NCBI GenBank assembly: GCA_028534125.1
Contig: CM052832.1
Location: forward strand, 11,038,001 to 11,102,000
Source of the DNA: Lama glama
Lineage: Eukaryota
Direction of reading: 5' to 3'
DNA: 64,000 nucleotides
Part shown: in pieces, positions 1 to 12,682 of the stretch
Numbering within the stretch: the first letter of the stretch is position 1
How the letters are laid out: each line of letters begins with the position of its first letter
Translations under genes and position numbers: made by a program
Notes under the pieces: model-generated
Told to the model about the DNA's origin: nothing
The model's input: the letters and a program-made list of their open reading frames with translations, nothing else
The model's database searches: none

Positions 1-235
1 CTGTTCCTTTAGGCTGTTCTCACTTATCTAAACCACAAGCAAGTACCCAAGAATTATTATGTAAAGCAGTGCTTTTCAGTGGTGGCTCTGAGAACCACTA
101 AACCAACCACTAGAGGAAGTTGTTTAAAAAGTGGCTTTCTGGACTCCATCCTATACCCTCTGAATCTGAGCCCGAGAGCAGGGTATCTGCACCTTTTAAG
201 AAGCAACCTAGGTGATTCTAATACATGACCTATTC

Positions 236-445
236 CTATGGTTCTCAAATTTTGCGAGACACATTAGAATTACCTGGGGAGTGTCTATCCACCCCGCCTC
301 CTACTCTCCAACCACCTCCCACACCCCCAGTGCTCAGGCCACACACAAGAGCAATTCAGTCAAAATCCAGGAGTGAGGTCTGGCATCCAGATGGTTTAAA
401 ACTCCCCAGGTAATTGCAGTGTGCATCCAAGTTTGAGAGCCAGTG
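236..445. mobile_element. MER5A-like hAT MITE (similar copies at ~41340-41443, ~42620-42760, ~63555-63722)
   Basis: ggttctcaaa...ttagaattacctgggga...ccaggtaattgcagtgtgcatccaagtttgagagccagtg. Confidence 0.65.
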
Positions 446-809
446 ACCCTACCTGTAGCTAATAGAGATGATACTATTAAACAGTTGACTGAGAAACTGG
501 AAGCCCTAATCTTTAAAGTGTTTTTAAAAATTGGCCTTAGACGTCTTCTCTAAGACTCTCAATTTAGTCCCAAAGTGGGACTAAATGTCTGTCACAGATC
601 TGTTTGTATATCCACTACCTTCTTAGTGTTTTGTCCCTCTGCTCCCAAAAGAATAAAGTGCTGGTGGGCCCCATTTACTTGTGTCCAGGACCATGGCCCT
701 CAACCCCAGAATGCATAAGCAAGAGGCGAAATGTTGCTTCAGAGTTCTGGTACAAGATAGGTCACCAGAAGTTTGGAAAGACCAGAAAGACCGTGGCCTT
801 TTATTTGTT

Positions 810-1300
810 ATCTGTTGCTATGTAACAATACTTGAAAATTTAGCAGAGTAAAAGAATAAACATTATCTCACATGACTTCTAAGGGCCAGGAATTCAAGAG
901 TGGCTTAGTTTGGTAGTTTGGGCTCAGGAGGTTACAGTCAAGCTGTCGACTAGGGCATCATGCACCTGGGGCTGCAGGATCTGCTCCCAGGCTCACTCAC
1001 TGGGGTGTTCCTCCCTGGCTGTTGGAACAGGGGCCACATGGGCCTCTCCACAGGGTTCCCTGAATGTTCAAAACACATGGCAACTGGCTTCTCCCATAGC
1101 AGGTGATCCAAGAGGGAGAGGGGACCCCAAATGGGAGCTGCAGTGTCTTGTCTAACCTGGTTTTTAAGTGGTATGTCATCACTTCTGCTGCATGCTCTTA
1201 ATCACACAGAACAACCCGATACAAGGTGGGAGGAGACCACACAAGAACTCAGCTACGACTAGGTGAGAATCATCGCAGGCCATCTTGGAAGCTGGCTACC
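810..1300. mobile_element. MaLR (MLT1-like) LTR
   Basis: tctgttgctatgtaacaa...cattatctcac...ccaggaattcaagagtggcttag...catcacttctgctgcat. Confidence 0.6.
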
Positions 1301-4300
1301 AGGCCTTCTTGGACCACCTACCTAGTGTTTGCAAAAAGTATCAGGAGGAGGAGGCCCAAGTGCAGCTAACAATCAACAAATAGTGCTTTTCAGTTCAGCT
1401 CCTGTTCCTTGTGCTCCTCTAAGGAACACTGTGAGCTGGAGGAGTGACTGGCATTCGAGAGCCCCATGGAAAATGCCCTCTCATACTATTAAACTCCTCC
1501 CCCTGCACTCATCACAGCAGATCAAGTGAGCACTTTCACAGAACTGGGGAACCAGTCACTGTATGAGAAGGTGTGGGCTCCGGCACATGGCTGGTTCAGG
1601 ATCTTAAATGAGTTTGGATCTTTTCATGGCCTGCTTTTGAAATGTCTTTCCTAGGGTCAGGGGAGACTGACTCTGGGACATTAAATTGAGGATGAGTCTG
1701 CACATGTAATGAGTCTCTGCTGGCTAACCTCACTCCAAATGGGGAGGGCAGGGCTCCCGCGTGGGCCAGAGCAAATGCAATTCTAAACAAGCCCTTTAAT
1801 CTTGGATGGGTGGAATGGCTTTTGCTATCACAACTCCTCCTCCTCCCTCCTCTCGAAAAACTCATTCTCATGTGCTTCTCAGGAAGTTTTTTTGTTTCTC
1901 CAAGGGAACTGATGCTGCAGGAAAACTGGTAGAAGAGAGGGATTTTGATGCTGCCTTTGGGGCAGTAAAATCATCGAAGACCTGGGGGATCCAAAGGCTG
2001 AAGAAAGACGACGTTAGAGAGGGCGGGACAGAGTCTGACGTATTGCATTGGGCTTTCGGAGCATAAGCTAGGGACAGGTTCTGCAGCTATTCAAGTGGGA
2101 CTTCTGCAAGGCTTGGAAAGAAGCAGGTGGTAAAGCTCGTTGAGTTCACTGGGCTTCTACTATGTTAAAAAATCATTTGTATCGGGATAAACTAGACTGT
2201 GCTGTCATAACACGATCCCTACATTTTGGTGGCACAAAGATGTATTTTTCTTTCACATTTTATATTCATAACAGATTAACATGGATATTAGGTTCATCAT
2301 AGTCACTCAGGGACCCAGGCTGGTGAAGCATCCAAAATTTTGTACTTGACAGGTCATACTGGCAGGAGCTCTCTAGAGAGTGGCTCACACCTGATAGGAA
2401 AAGCTCAGCCACAAACAGACACACATAATTTCCAGCCATTACTACTCATGACTCATTGGCCAAATTAGTCATAACACCTCGTCCAACCACAAGGAACCAG
2501 GAAATGAGTCCTTTTCTGTGCCTGGAAGGGGGAAGATGGGTATTTGGTGAACAGTGTGATTGATGACCGTACTGGCATCCCAGTGAAGCTGAAACCCAGA
2601 TCTTTTCTCTTTTTGCTTTCTTGTCCACCCAAATTCCCCCAGGTAGCTCTTCGTCTGTGTTAGCAGCGGCAGCTAGCGACGGCCATGTGGGCCTAGGGAC
2701 TGTGATAAGCACTGTGCTCTGGAGACGTCACTCTTGTTTAGGAAATGTTATTGGAGCTAAATGGCGTGGGTCTAGGATTGGTGCTGTGACATCCATATGT
2801 CCTATTACCCTTTGGAACTTTGGAAAAGTGGAACAGATAAGTGTTGAAGTTGGAATTAATTCAACAGTGCAGGTGCTGAAATAATTCCATTCAGTTGGGT
2901 GGGAGACATCCCGGACCCCTGCTGTTGGAGGAGGGCCCACTCGACCGAGGCTGCTGGGTGCCAGGTATTTGAGTGTGAAGTCAAGGTCACAGCAGGAAAG
3001 AGAAGGCAACTCCAGTGGTTCAAAGGGAAAGGACATAATTAAAGGACTGTCAGAGAAATGGACAGAACTAAGGGAATCAACAGGGTGGTTGAGTCACCCA
3101 AGGCTGGTGACAGTAGGAACCTGGCAATACCCTTGAATAAGAAAGGAGAGGAAAAAGCACTGTCTCAGCCCAGTGAGAGCTAGAACTGGGGAGAAGGGGC
3201 TTCTGGACAGGAAGTGCACAGCCACTGCTGGGAAACATGTCCCAAAGCCGGGAGGAAGGTGAAAGAAATACTCCAGCCTCTCTCTTCCCACCTGCCAGTC
3301 TCCTATCAGTGACTCTCATTGGCTAACGCTGATAAGAAGCCAGCAAGCAAGGAAGATTTAGTGATGCAGGTCCCAGGGACCAGCCTCCCAGGACAGGGAG
3401 AAGGATCTGAGAACGGTGTTGGGGGTGGAGTGGAGTAAACAGAATCAACACAGTGAGGCTGTCTCTAGCTGGGATTGGGATGAATTAGAAAATTACAGTG
3501 AGACTCTGGTCTCTAATTTCTCTGAGACTTTAATTTCCCCCAGGGAAGAGAGATTTGGTCTTCTCCATGGCAACAAAGAAAGGGAGAGTTTGTTGCTAGA
3601 ACTTAAATATCTCCGAGGGAATTTAATAAAGGGTGGGGATTCATATGGTTTCAAATTGGGGCAGTTTTTATATGGTGGCCCTTGTATGTTTGCTAATTAG
3701 GTGTTTACTGCTCTAGTGAACCAGATTTTTCTATAAGGCTAGGAATTATTTGGTTGGGAAATACAACAGGGGGTTAACATTTGGTGAGTCTATGATCTTG
3801 GGCTAAACATCTTATGCTATCAATTTGAGAAGTTTCTAGAGTCAGCAGAAGAACTGTCCATTTCTCTGGTCCCAGGAGTTTATCAAAATCAGTGGTCAAT
3901 GTGAGGGGGTTACCTTGGAAATTTCCCTTGATGATTGCTGGTCCCCCCACTGAAGGAGGTTGTCTCATTCCTGGTTGACCATAGATGTGAGTGAGAATCA
4001 TAACCTTGAGCTTACACAGCCAGCAGAACCCAAAGGGGGTAAATGTAGAGGAAACACTTCCACCAGTCAACCCACTCCTGCCTAATCCTACTTACCACCC
4101 AGGGAGGACTTGTTACCTAGCCAGATTGTTGAGATATTGAACTGCTCTCATTAATTAGTTGGGGCAGAGCTAGGCCTCCTGGGGGGTTCCTGACTCAGGG
4201 CACTGATTCTGTCGGTTGGAGTAAGAGCCCTCTGTGAAGCTCTGTGATCTTGACTGGTGGGTGACTTCAGCAAATTCCTTCCTGCCTGCAGTTTGAAGCT

Positions 4301-5750
4301 CAGCTCTCTTTTCCTAAGTACATTGGTTACTGATCTATGACTTTAGCATTTACAGGGTGGGTAGCAAGTCCTGCTTAAACCTCAAACCCAAGCCTTGTGC
4401 ATCATTCAGGGCTCTGTGTGGAGGGAGGGACACATGTCCTTGTCCTAGCTAGTAGTAGAAGCACTTTGAGTTTAATTCTTCCTCTACTTTTTGCAAATGT
4501 GTCCTTTGGGTACCTGGGGAGCTGAGGAGTAGACATCCATTATTTCTGGCTCAGCCACCTTCCCTCGACCCCCCCCCACTATCATTTTCCTTTAGTAAAG
4601 GCATTTTCCTTTTGAAGAATTCTCTCCTACCGCAATTATGCATTTTAAGTGGGAAGTTGTCGATCATAGACCATGAATGGTCACATGACCCAAGATAGAC
4701 CAGTCAGGGCACCTAGTTCCTTGACAACAATAATGCTGCCCTGCTTTGATCATGCACCCATCTTCCACAAGGGTCATTCCTTCTTCTTGTTGTTCAACTA
4801 AATCTTGGTTGAGGAAAGCCTTTTTGGTAGTGAAGTTGGCAAGAGATGAGCATAAAGTAGTCAGGATTCCTTTCCTCCACCAGCAGGAGAAAGTCAGTCT
4901 TCCATAGGAGAGAATGAATTTGATACTTAAAGCAACAGAGAAGAGCAGTGAGAATGTTCCAGAGAGATCACGTAATACCTACTTTCCATCTTCCTCAGCT
5001 GCACCTACACCCTCCCTGAAGTCAATAACATTGCCTCTCAGTCTAGGGTAGACTTAATTGGATTTCTGTCACAACCAAGAATCCTTACTGACCTAGTAGG
5101 GGATTGTTAAGGGAGGAGGTGTGGGCATTTCTGGGTCTCTGGCCATCCTACCACCTCCAACCTACATCCTTAACAGAATAAAGTAGATAAAGTAATGGCA
5201 CAAAAGCAGCAGTGATCAAATCTCCTAAGTGGGTCAGGGGATGCTTCCCATAGAAGCAGTTCAGGGACTGCTAATGCACAGGTTTCAGAACAAGAAGCTC
5301 CCTAAACTCTGCGTGGAGCTAGTTAAGTAAAATAGAGATGAGTGAAAGTAAGGAAATCCTGCAGCATAGGGAGGATCTCACAAGCCATGCTATAGATTTG
5401 AACTTTTTCCCACAAGCCATGGGGAGCCTGGGGTAGCTGTCATCCAAGACCCCTGACTTCTATACTCAAATCAAAGCAATTGATCTGCTCAGATCGGCAC
5501 TTCTTGTTTTGGGTGACAGAGGAGATTAGATGTTAAAAATAACTGCTACAGTTCTAGAAGCAGAACCTGAGGCCACTACATTGTCCCTAGAAGTCTGAGG
5601 CAAGAAGAATGGGACAGAGCTACTCACTGGTGTTCTTGGACCAAGTTACTCTGCCTCCTTGATCCTCCATCTTCTCATCTGTGAAAGGACACTTTCCATT
5701 GAGCCTATGTTGTTCGCAAAGAAACCTTTGCAGACTCATGTGCTGACCGA

Positions 5751-5766
5751 CACTGCCATCTAGTGG
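5751..5766 (-). promoter_or_regulatory. CTCF core motif CCACTAGATGGCAGTG
   Basis: Reverse complement of cactgccatctagtgg fits the consensus CCASYAGRKGGCRSYR without mismatch; binding not shown. Confidence 0.55.
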
Positions 5767-5914
5767 GAACATTTGGAAATCATCTTGCAGGGACACACCC
5801 TCATCCTCACCTGGTCCCTCAGCAATTATCTATTTAAATTCAGGATCTTTGCCCCTAATCTTCCCCCTTCCCTGCACATGAACATAGTTCCCTATATGGA
5901 AATAAGGCTCTACA

Positions 5915-6974
5915 ATATTTTCAAATTATGTGACTGACAAGGACTTAATTTCTAGAATATACAAACAGCTCATACAATTTAATAACAAAAAACAAACAAT
6001 CCAATCCAAAAATGAGCGGAAGACCTAAACAAGCAACTCTCCAATGAAGACATACAAATGGCCAACAGGCACATGAAAACATGCTCAATATTGCTAATTA
6101 TCAGATAAATGAAAATCAAAACTACAATGAGGTATCACCTCACACCAGTCAGAATGGCCTTCAAAAGTTCTCAAATGATAAATGCTGGAGAGGGTGTGGA
6201 GAAAAGAGAACCCTCCTGCACTGCTGGTGGAAATGAGTTTGTTGCAGCCATTATGGAAAACAGTATGGCGATTCCTCAAACTAAAAATAGACTTATGATA
6301 TGATTCAGCACTCCCACTCCTGGGCATATATCCAGAGGGAACCCTAACTCAAAAAGATACATGCACTCCAATGTTCATAGCAGCACTATTTACAACAGCT
6401 AAGACATGAAAAGAACCTAAATGTCCATTGACAGATAACTGAATAAAGAAATTGTGGTATATTTATACAATGAAATACTACTCAGCCATAAAAAAGAATA
6501 AAACAATGCCATTTGCAGCAACGTGGATGGATCTGGAGATTGTCATTCTAAGTGAAGTAAGCCAGAAAGAGAAAGAAAAATACCATATGATATCACTTAT
6601 GTGGAATCTTAAAAAATTACACAAATTTATTTCCAAAACAAAAACAGACTCACAGACATAGAAAACAAACTTATGGTTACCAGGAGGGAAAGGGGGTGGG
6701 GAGAAATAAATTGGGAGTTCAAGATTTGCAAATACTAACTACTATATATAAAATAGAATAAACCATAAATTTCTTCTGTATAGCACAGGGGACTATTCAA
6801 TATCTTGTAGTAACCTATAACAAAAAAGAACATGAAAACAAATATATGTATGTACATGTATGACTGAAACACTATGCTGTACACCAGAAATTGACACAAC
6901 ATTGTAAACTGACTACACTTCAGTAAATTAATTGACTGATTAAATTAATTAAAATAACTAAATAAAGTTATGGA
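5915..6974 (+). mobile_element. 5'-truncated LINE-1 (ORF2 C-terminus + 3' UTR), cetartiodactyl/camelid type, relatively young
   Basis: ORF fragments [17 protein letters not shown] and MWYIYTMKYYSAIKKNKTMPFAATWMDLEIVILSEVSQKEKEKYHMISL are L1 ORF2p C-terminal motifs; 3' UTR and A-rich tail; candidate TSD gctctaca at 5907-5914 and 6975-6982. Confidence 0.93.
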
Positions 6975-9339
6975 GCTCTACAGCTTTCGAGCTATGCTCC
7001 CTTACCATCCCCGACAGCCTTCATCGTTAACAGCGCCCAGAATGGCAATACTATCAGAACTTGGTGTTTCTCTGGGTCCTTCACTGGCTATTTTGAAAGA
7101 CCCCCAGCCCCCTCATATTCCTTCTCGATGATGTTAGAAATTGTCGATGCCAGTTGACACTTCCAGTAAGCTTGGTAACAGCAATATCTGCCATATTTGC
7201 TTTCTTTTTTTAAAAGTTTAAAAAAAAACCCTCTAGCTCACTGAGCTGAGTCCTTCTGTGGTTCATTCATGACTGTCGCCCCCCCTCACATGCTCCATGA
7301 GCTACCAAAGCCCATGTGAGATGTTAGGGGCCCTGGTTTCTATGCTGAAAGGGCCACCATCACCAGATAGCCCATAATGCCTGGCCTACTGGTGTCATTG
7401 TGAAGCACGTGGTCTGTGCCAAAGTTGCTATCACCAGGACAACATCCCTCCCCCGTGTCTCCTCACCACCAGCCGTTGCTGTCGATGGCACTCTTACACG
7501 CATCCTATGAAGACATCAGAAGACAAGGTTTCGGCTCTGTAGTCCAGATTTTGACAAAATATTTCCCATGGAGAAAACTACCCCTACTTCTTGCTTATTT
7601 CTGTACCCCAGTTTCTGCTTGCTTCTTTTTTCAGCACGGGGGCCAAAATAGCAATACCCTGGGGCATTAGCAGCCTTGGGCACATTTCTACCTAAGCATG
7701 TTGTGATGCTTCCATTTCCCAAAACTTGAATCTGGAACATGGCCAGGCCTGACACTGAGCAGGAGAACAGCTGGAGAGCCATGCCTTCGTGTCTGTCTGT
7801 TTCTCATCTTGGGAAGAGGGCAGGCAATGCAGGATCCTCTGATTGGGACTCCTAGCACCACTCTTGATGGGTTTCTAGAACCAGGAAATTCCTTGAACAT
7901 CATCCACTTCAGCCTGGACCCCAGTCACGGGAGGCAAGAGAAGAGTTAGCAGAAGGGAGAAAGAGAGAAAGACAAAGAGGGTACAAACAAAATGCCATGA
8001 AAAAAAGTGTCCACATTTTCAGGTCATTTATTGGCCTCTTAATATGACTCCCTGCCTCCTTTCGTGTAATATGGAATTGAAATCCTCGAAATTGACTTGG
8101 ACTCTGTTCAATTCTGCCAGCAGTGAAACAGACACACAAAACAAAACCACCCTGCCCTCTAGATGAAGCATTTTGCAAAGTCACTGCTGTTGGCATAAAT
8201 CCCAGGAATTATGTTTATTGTCTCCTGTCAGCTCAAGACTTCACCCTGCTTTCCTGGAGGCTGAGCTGGTTTTCTCTACCCATCACTTGGGAAAGAACGT
8301 GAAGGGTGGGGAGAGTTGAAAGGCTTTCCAGAGGTGGAACTGAACTGGCCCAAGAGGAGGCAAATGGACCAGGTACACAGGGCAGACAGCCTATCTTCTA
8401 GCTTTTCTCATGCATCACGGCCCCTGGGCTGAACCCTGCTCAGTTTGTTCAGCAGGCTCTCACTGCATGTCCATCGTGCGCCAGAGTCTGTGTCGGGTGC
8501 AAGGAATCTACCACTTGGCAGAGAGTGTCATGTTTATGAGGAAATACCCGGAAGACTAATCTGGGTGCAATATGCAAGACTATAGGATCAACGAAGGAGG
8601 AAGCTATTCAGTAGTGAGGGCAGAAGTCGCCTGAAACAGCAGAAATTGGAAAGGCAAAATCAAAGAGATGCCCTGCAGAGGCATTTAGAACTGGTATGTG
8701 TCCGGAATCTTACAGTGTTAGAAGTTGAGGAGAATTTGGGGACCATCTAGTGGAACCGACTCCTTGTGCCAGTGAGGTAGCTGACTCTTGATTGTGACAG
8801 CAGTTTCTGGGCAAGATCAGGCAAGTTTTTCTACCTCCAACTCCAGTGGCCTGACTTGCACTGTCCCAGATTCCTATAAGATTAAGGGAGGAGCCTGTGT
8901 GGCAATGAACAGAAGGAATCATTGACTGTAAGACATGAAAAGAGCATAAGAATATGAGGTTCTTGTTGTGGCATTTGGAAGACACAGGGAACCAGAATAA
9001 AAGTGTGCACCCTGCAGAGCCTAGACATTGGGGCTCCTCATTCACTGATGGATGGAGTGTCTAGGATTTGCTAAACTCTATACTGAGCACAGAATGTTGG
9101 AAAAAAAAAAAGTAGTTCCTGTTCTGAAAACTTATAATTACTCAATGCATTCCCATTTTCTCCAGACTACCCAACTCCAACACTCCTTTTGTGACTAAAG
9201 TGCCTTTCTTCCATTCCTCCCTCTGCACACAACTTACTGATCCCCAACCACCCCCACCACCTATCACCAAGTTCACCCAGCCTTCTGACCTCTCACTTTC
9301 AGATCTGCCTTGGACTCCATGGCCAGATGGGGCTGGGTG

Positions 9340-10265
9340 AGCTGATGGAGAGGAAGAGAGGTGGGAAATGGAGACCAGGGGCCAGCTCAGCTTGGTAGGG
9401 CCTAGGGGACCACGTGAGTTTCTACTTCAAATGTGATGGGAAGTCGTAGGAGAGGGGTATTGGGGTAGGGGAGTGACATCATCACTAGAGAAGAACAGCG
9501 TCAGGCAGGTGCTGTTACAGGAACCCTGGGGAGGAGCATGACATTGGCCAATACTCGGAGGGCGGCCATTGTTGGAAGTGCTGAGATGCGCTCAGGTGCA
9601 GGACAGAGATTGTAAGTGGAACTGACAGGCTTTGCTGATGAGGTGAATGTGATTCATAAGGGAAAGGTGATGAGACAGACTCGAGAATGACTCCAAGACG
9701 AAGAGAATTGTCACTTTATGAGATGGGAGATTGCCAGGGAAGGAGTAGGTGGGCAGAGGGTGAAGAGGGAATCAAAAGTTGTTTCTGGGGGTGGGTATAG
9801 CTCAGTGGTAAAGTGTGTGATTAGCAGCCCCAGTATCTCTGTTAAAAAAATTAATAAATAAACCTAATTGCCTCCCCCACAACACACACAAATTTTTTTT
9901 AAAAAAGGTAGGAAGAGAAATGCAGGTTCCTCCTAAAAGAACAAAAGTTGTTTCTTTCACATGTTTGAGATGCCTGTTAGATATCCAAGCAGAGATATTA
10001 AGCAGGCAGTTTGATAGATGATATAAATAGGAGGTCATCAGCTTAACAGTGATGTTTAAAGCCAAGATGCTGGGTGAGATCATCTAAGGCATGGCAGTAA
10101 ATAGAGAAGGGGCCCAAGGCCAGGCCTCGAGGATACCCGGATCACTCCAAGGTCTGGAAGAGGGGAGGAACCATGCAGCCAACAAAGGAGACTGAGGCAA
10201 AGTAGCCAGAGGGATAGAAGCAAAACCCAATGAACACCACGTCCTGGAAATAAGGGAGAAGATGT
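9340..10265 (-). mobile_element. LINE-2 fragment interrupted by the SINE
   Basis: Minus-strand translation YHLSNCLLNISAWISNRHLKH resembles the L2 ORF2 motif (ISNCLLDISTWMSNRHLKLN); purine-rich degenerate + strand. Confidence 0.7.
9787..9941 (+). mobile_element. tRNA-derived SINE (Vic-1-like), internally deleted, inserted in an L2
   Basis: GGGGGTGGGTATAGCTCAGTGGTA A-box head and aataaataaacctaattgcctcccc tail; perfect 14-bp TSD caaaagttgtttct at 9773-9786 and 9942-9955. Confidence 0.85.
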
Positions 10266-12475
10266 CAGAAAGACCCTTTTGTTTTCTCCACACCCGCTTA
10301 GCAGCCACTAAGATCATATACCCACCCACGGGCTGGGCAACTTGCTTACCCCACACGTTTGTCTTTTTCCTCCCCGAGTGAGCTCTCCTCTTAGTCCTCC
10401 CCAGGTAGCTTTTTCCACTGGGTCCTATAACATTTCTCCCACTTTCCCCATCCTCTATGCCTTCACATCCCAAAACAGCCTCCTTCTTCATTAGGAAGGA
10501 GAACGATAACCTGCTTTCCTTCACTTCCGTCTTTTTCTGTCGGAGGAACAGAGCGGTACCTCCTAATTCTCTTCTCTGGGCCTTCCTGCACTTCCCACCT
10601 TGATTCTCAGTCTCCCAGTTACCAAAATCCGGGGCAGATCATTAGCTGCTCAACCTGCCCTCAACTGGCTGCGCAGTCCCAGCCTCAGAAACAGAGGTAC
10701 TGTGGACAGTCTCCTCTGTCTCCTTCTGTCTAAATTTACCTTCTACCTGGTGGTCACAGTGTTTCCCTGTTCAAAAACCTTCAGACATTCCTTCAGGAGA
10801 AAGTCCACATTGATTACAGGGCATTCAGGTGAGGCCCCACTGCAATCTGACTCCCCTGTCCTCCATCCCAGCCTCACCTCCTGCGGTACACAAATGCCCT
10901 GTTATATAAGGTGAACATAGTCCTTATCACAACACCATGTATTTCTTAATCACAGGCCAAGTTAATCCCTATGCCTGGATTCTACAAGGGAGACTTCAAG
11001 ATGCTAACTCAAACATCATCACCTTTGATGTTTTCCGGACTATCTCCTCCCACAAAAAGCTCAGGCTCACTGGGTCCTGGAAAGGGGTGGGCAGAGTGGC
11101 TTTCAAATACAGTGAATTTTCCCCATTACACAATTATATAATTTCATCTCCATAAATACAGAAAATAAAATTTATACTGAAACAAATTCCACCATAACCA
11201 CGAAGGGCCTTAGGGTGTTCCCAAGCTCACAGCCTTACCTGGAGAGAATCCAAAGCCACACACACCTGGCCTGGTATTTGCTTTCCTGTGGTTCCCTCAG
11301 AACTTCTCTCCCAGGCAAATCCTGTTCTGGTTCTACAACCTTCCCTGGGCTTCTCATATTCCAAAACCAAGTACTGCAAAAAAAACAAACCCAGTGCTTT
11401 GACCAAAACACATAGTTCTCAGGAGTGTGAAACCGAGGCATTCTAATGGAAGTCTCGGAAGAACAGACTGAAGAACCTGAGTGTGGGACAAGAGGAAAGG
11501 AAATTAAGAAAATAACTGCTAAGAATATATCTTTAAATTGAAAGAGCTCATCAAGTATAAAGCAGAAAAAAATTCTAAAATATACAAACCTAGGTATATA
11601 CTAGTGATATTTCTGTATCTCAAGGATAATGAGAAAATTTCAAAATATTTTTTACAAATAAACAAGAATAAAAAGACATTAAACCCCATCAGCAATTCTG
11701 GGTATAAAAGGACAATGGAACAATATCCTCAAAAATCGGAGGGAAAATGGCTGGGTACAGAACTCTAGGTGCAAAAAGCCAAGTCAAACTTGAGGAGAAA
11801 TAAAGATAGTGCACAAGTCCAGGTTCTGTAAGAGGCATGCCAGGACAGAGTTGTGCAAGAAATGTAGTAGGGCAAACACCGAAAGAGACAAAGGAGCCTG
11901 AGAGGGTGGGTGAGCTGTCAGACTGCAATGCTAATCCAACCACAGGTAAAGGGGACCATGGTAGGAGCTGAGTCCCTCCCAGGACCAGCAAAGGAAGCTG
12001 AATAATTACGAGAAGAAAGTGCCTGTGACCTCAGTGCCTGGCCCAGTCCCCTTCAAGTGGCACAGATTAAGTACTGCACTTCCTTCTATGAAGGGTTCAA
12101 TCAGTCTACTTGGGATTCTGCTACAAATGAAGGCTAAATAGTCATAATCTTGTTAATAAGTTGATTGGGTTTCAGTTTTCAGAATCTGTAGAAAGTACAA
12201 AAGAAGTCATTTTGGTTAAAAGAACAAAAATGGGATAAATCTTGACAAAATGAAAAGGAAAATGCAAGTCAGAAGGGGGAAAGAGAAGGGAGGTGGGAAG
12301 AAATACAAGCTCACTCATTCTCTCACCTTTCATAGGTTTGTCTAAATATGAATAGTCAAGAATATTTTATTACTTAAAATGATACAGAGACAACTACCAG
12401 AAGTAAAGTCAGAAACTCAAGTGGTTCTTTGTGGGAAATAAGACTGGGGAGAAAGATTCTAATTTGTTTTATACT

Positions 12476-12682
12476 ACATGTCTTCCTCAACTTACGGTGG
12501 GGTTACATCCTGATAAACCAGTCGTAAATGGAAAATATCGTAAGTCGAAAATGCATGTAATACACCTAAACTACTTAACATCAGAGCTTAGCATAACCTA
12601 CCTTAAGTGTGCTCAGAACACTTACATTAACCTACAGTTGGGCAAAATCATCTAACACAAAGCCTGTTTTATAATAAAGTGA
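12476..12682. mobile_element. Tigger4/MER46-like TcMar fragment
   Basis: cctcaacttacggtggggttacatcctgataaacc...gtaagtcgaaaatgcat...cctacagttgggcaaaatcatctaacacaaagcct. Confidence 0.7.

Noticed and set aside
8743..8755. Second CTCF-like motif (ccactagatggtc, minus strand)
   Set aside because: Lacks the GGC core end and lies in MIR-like sequence
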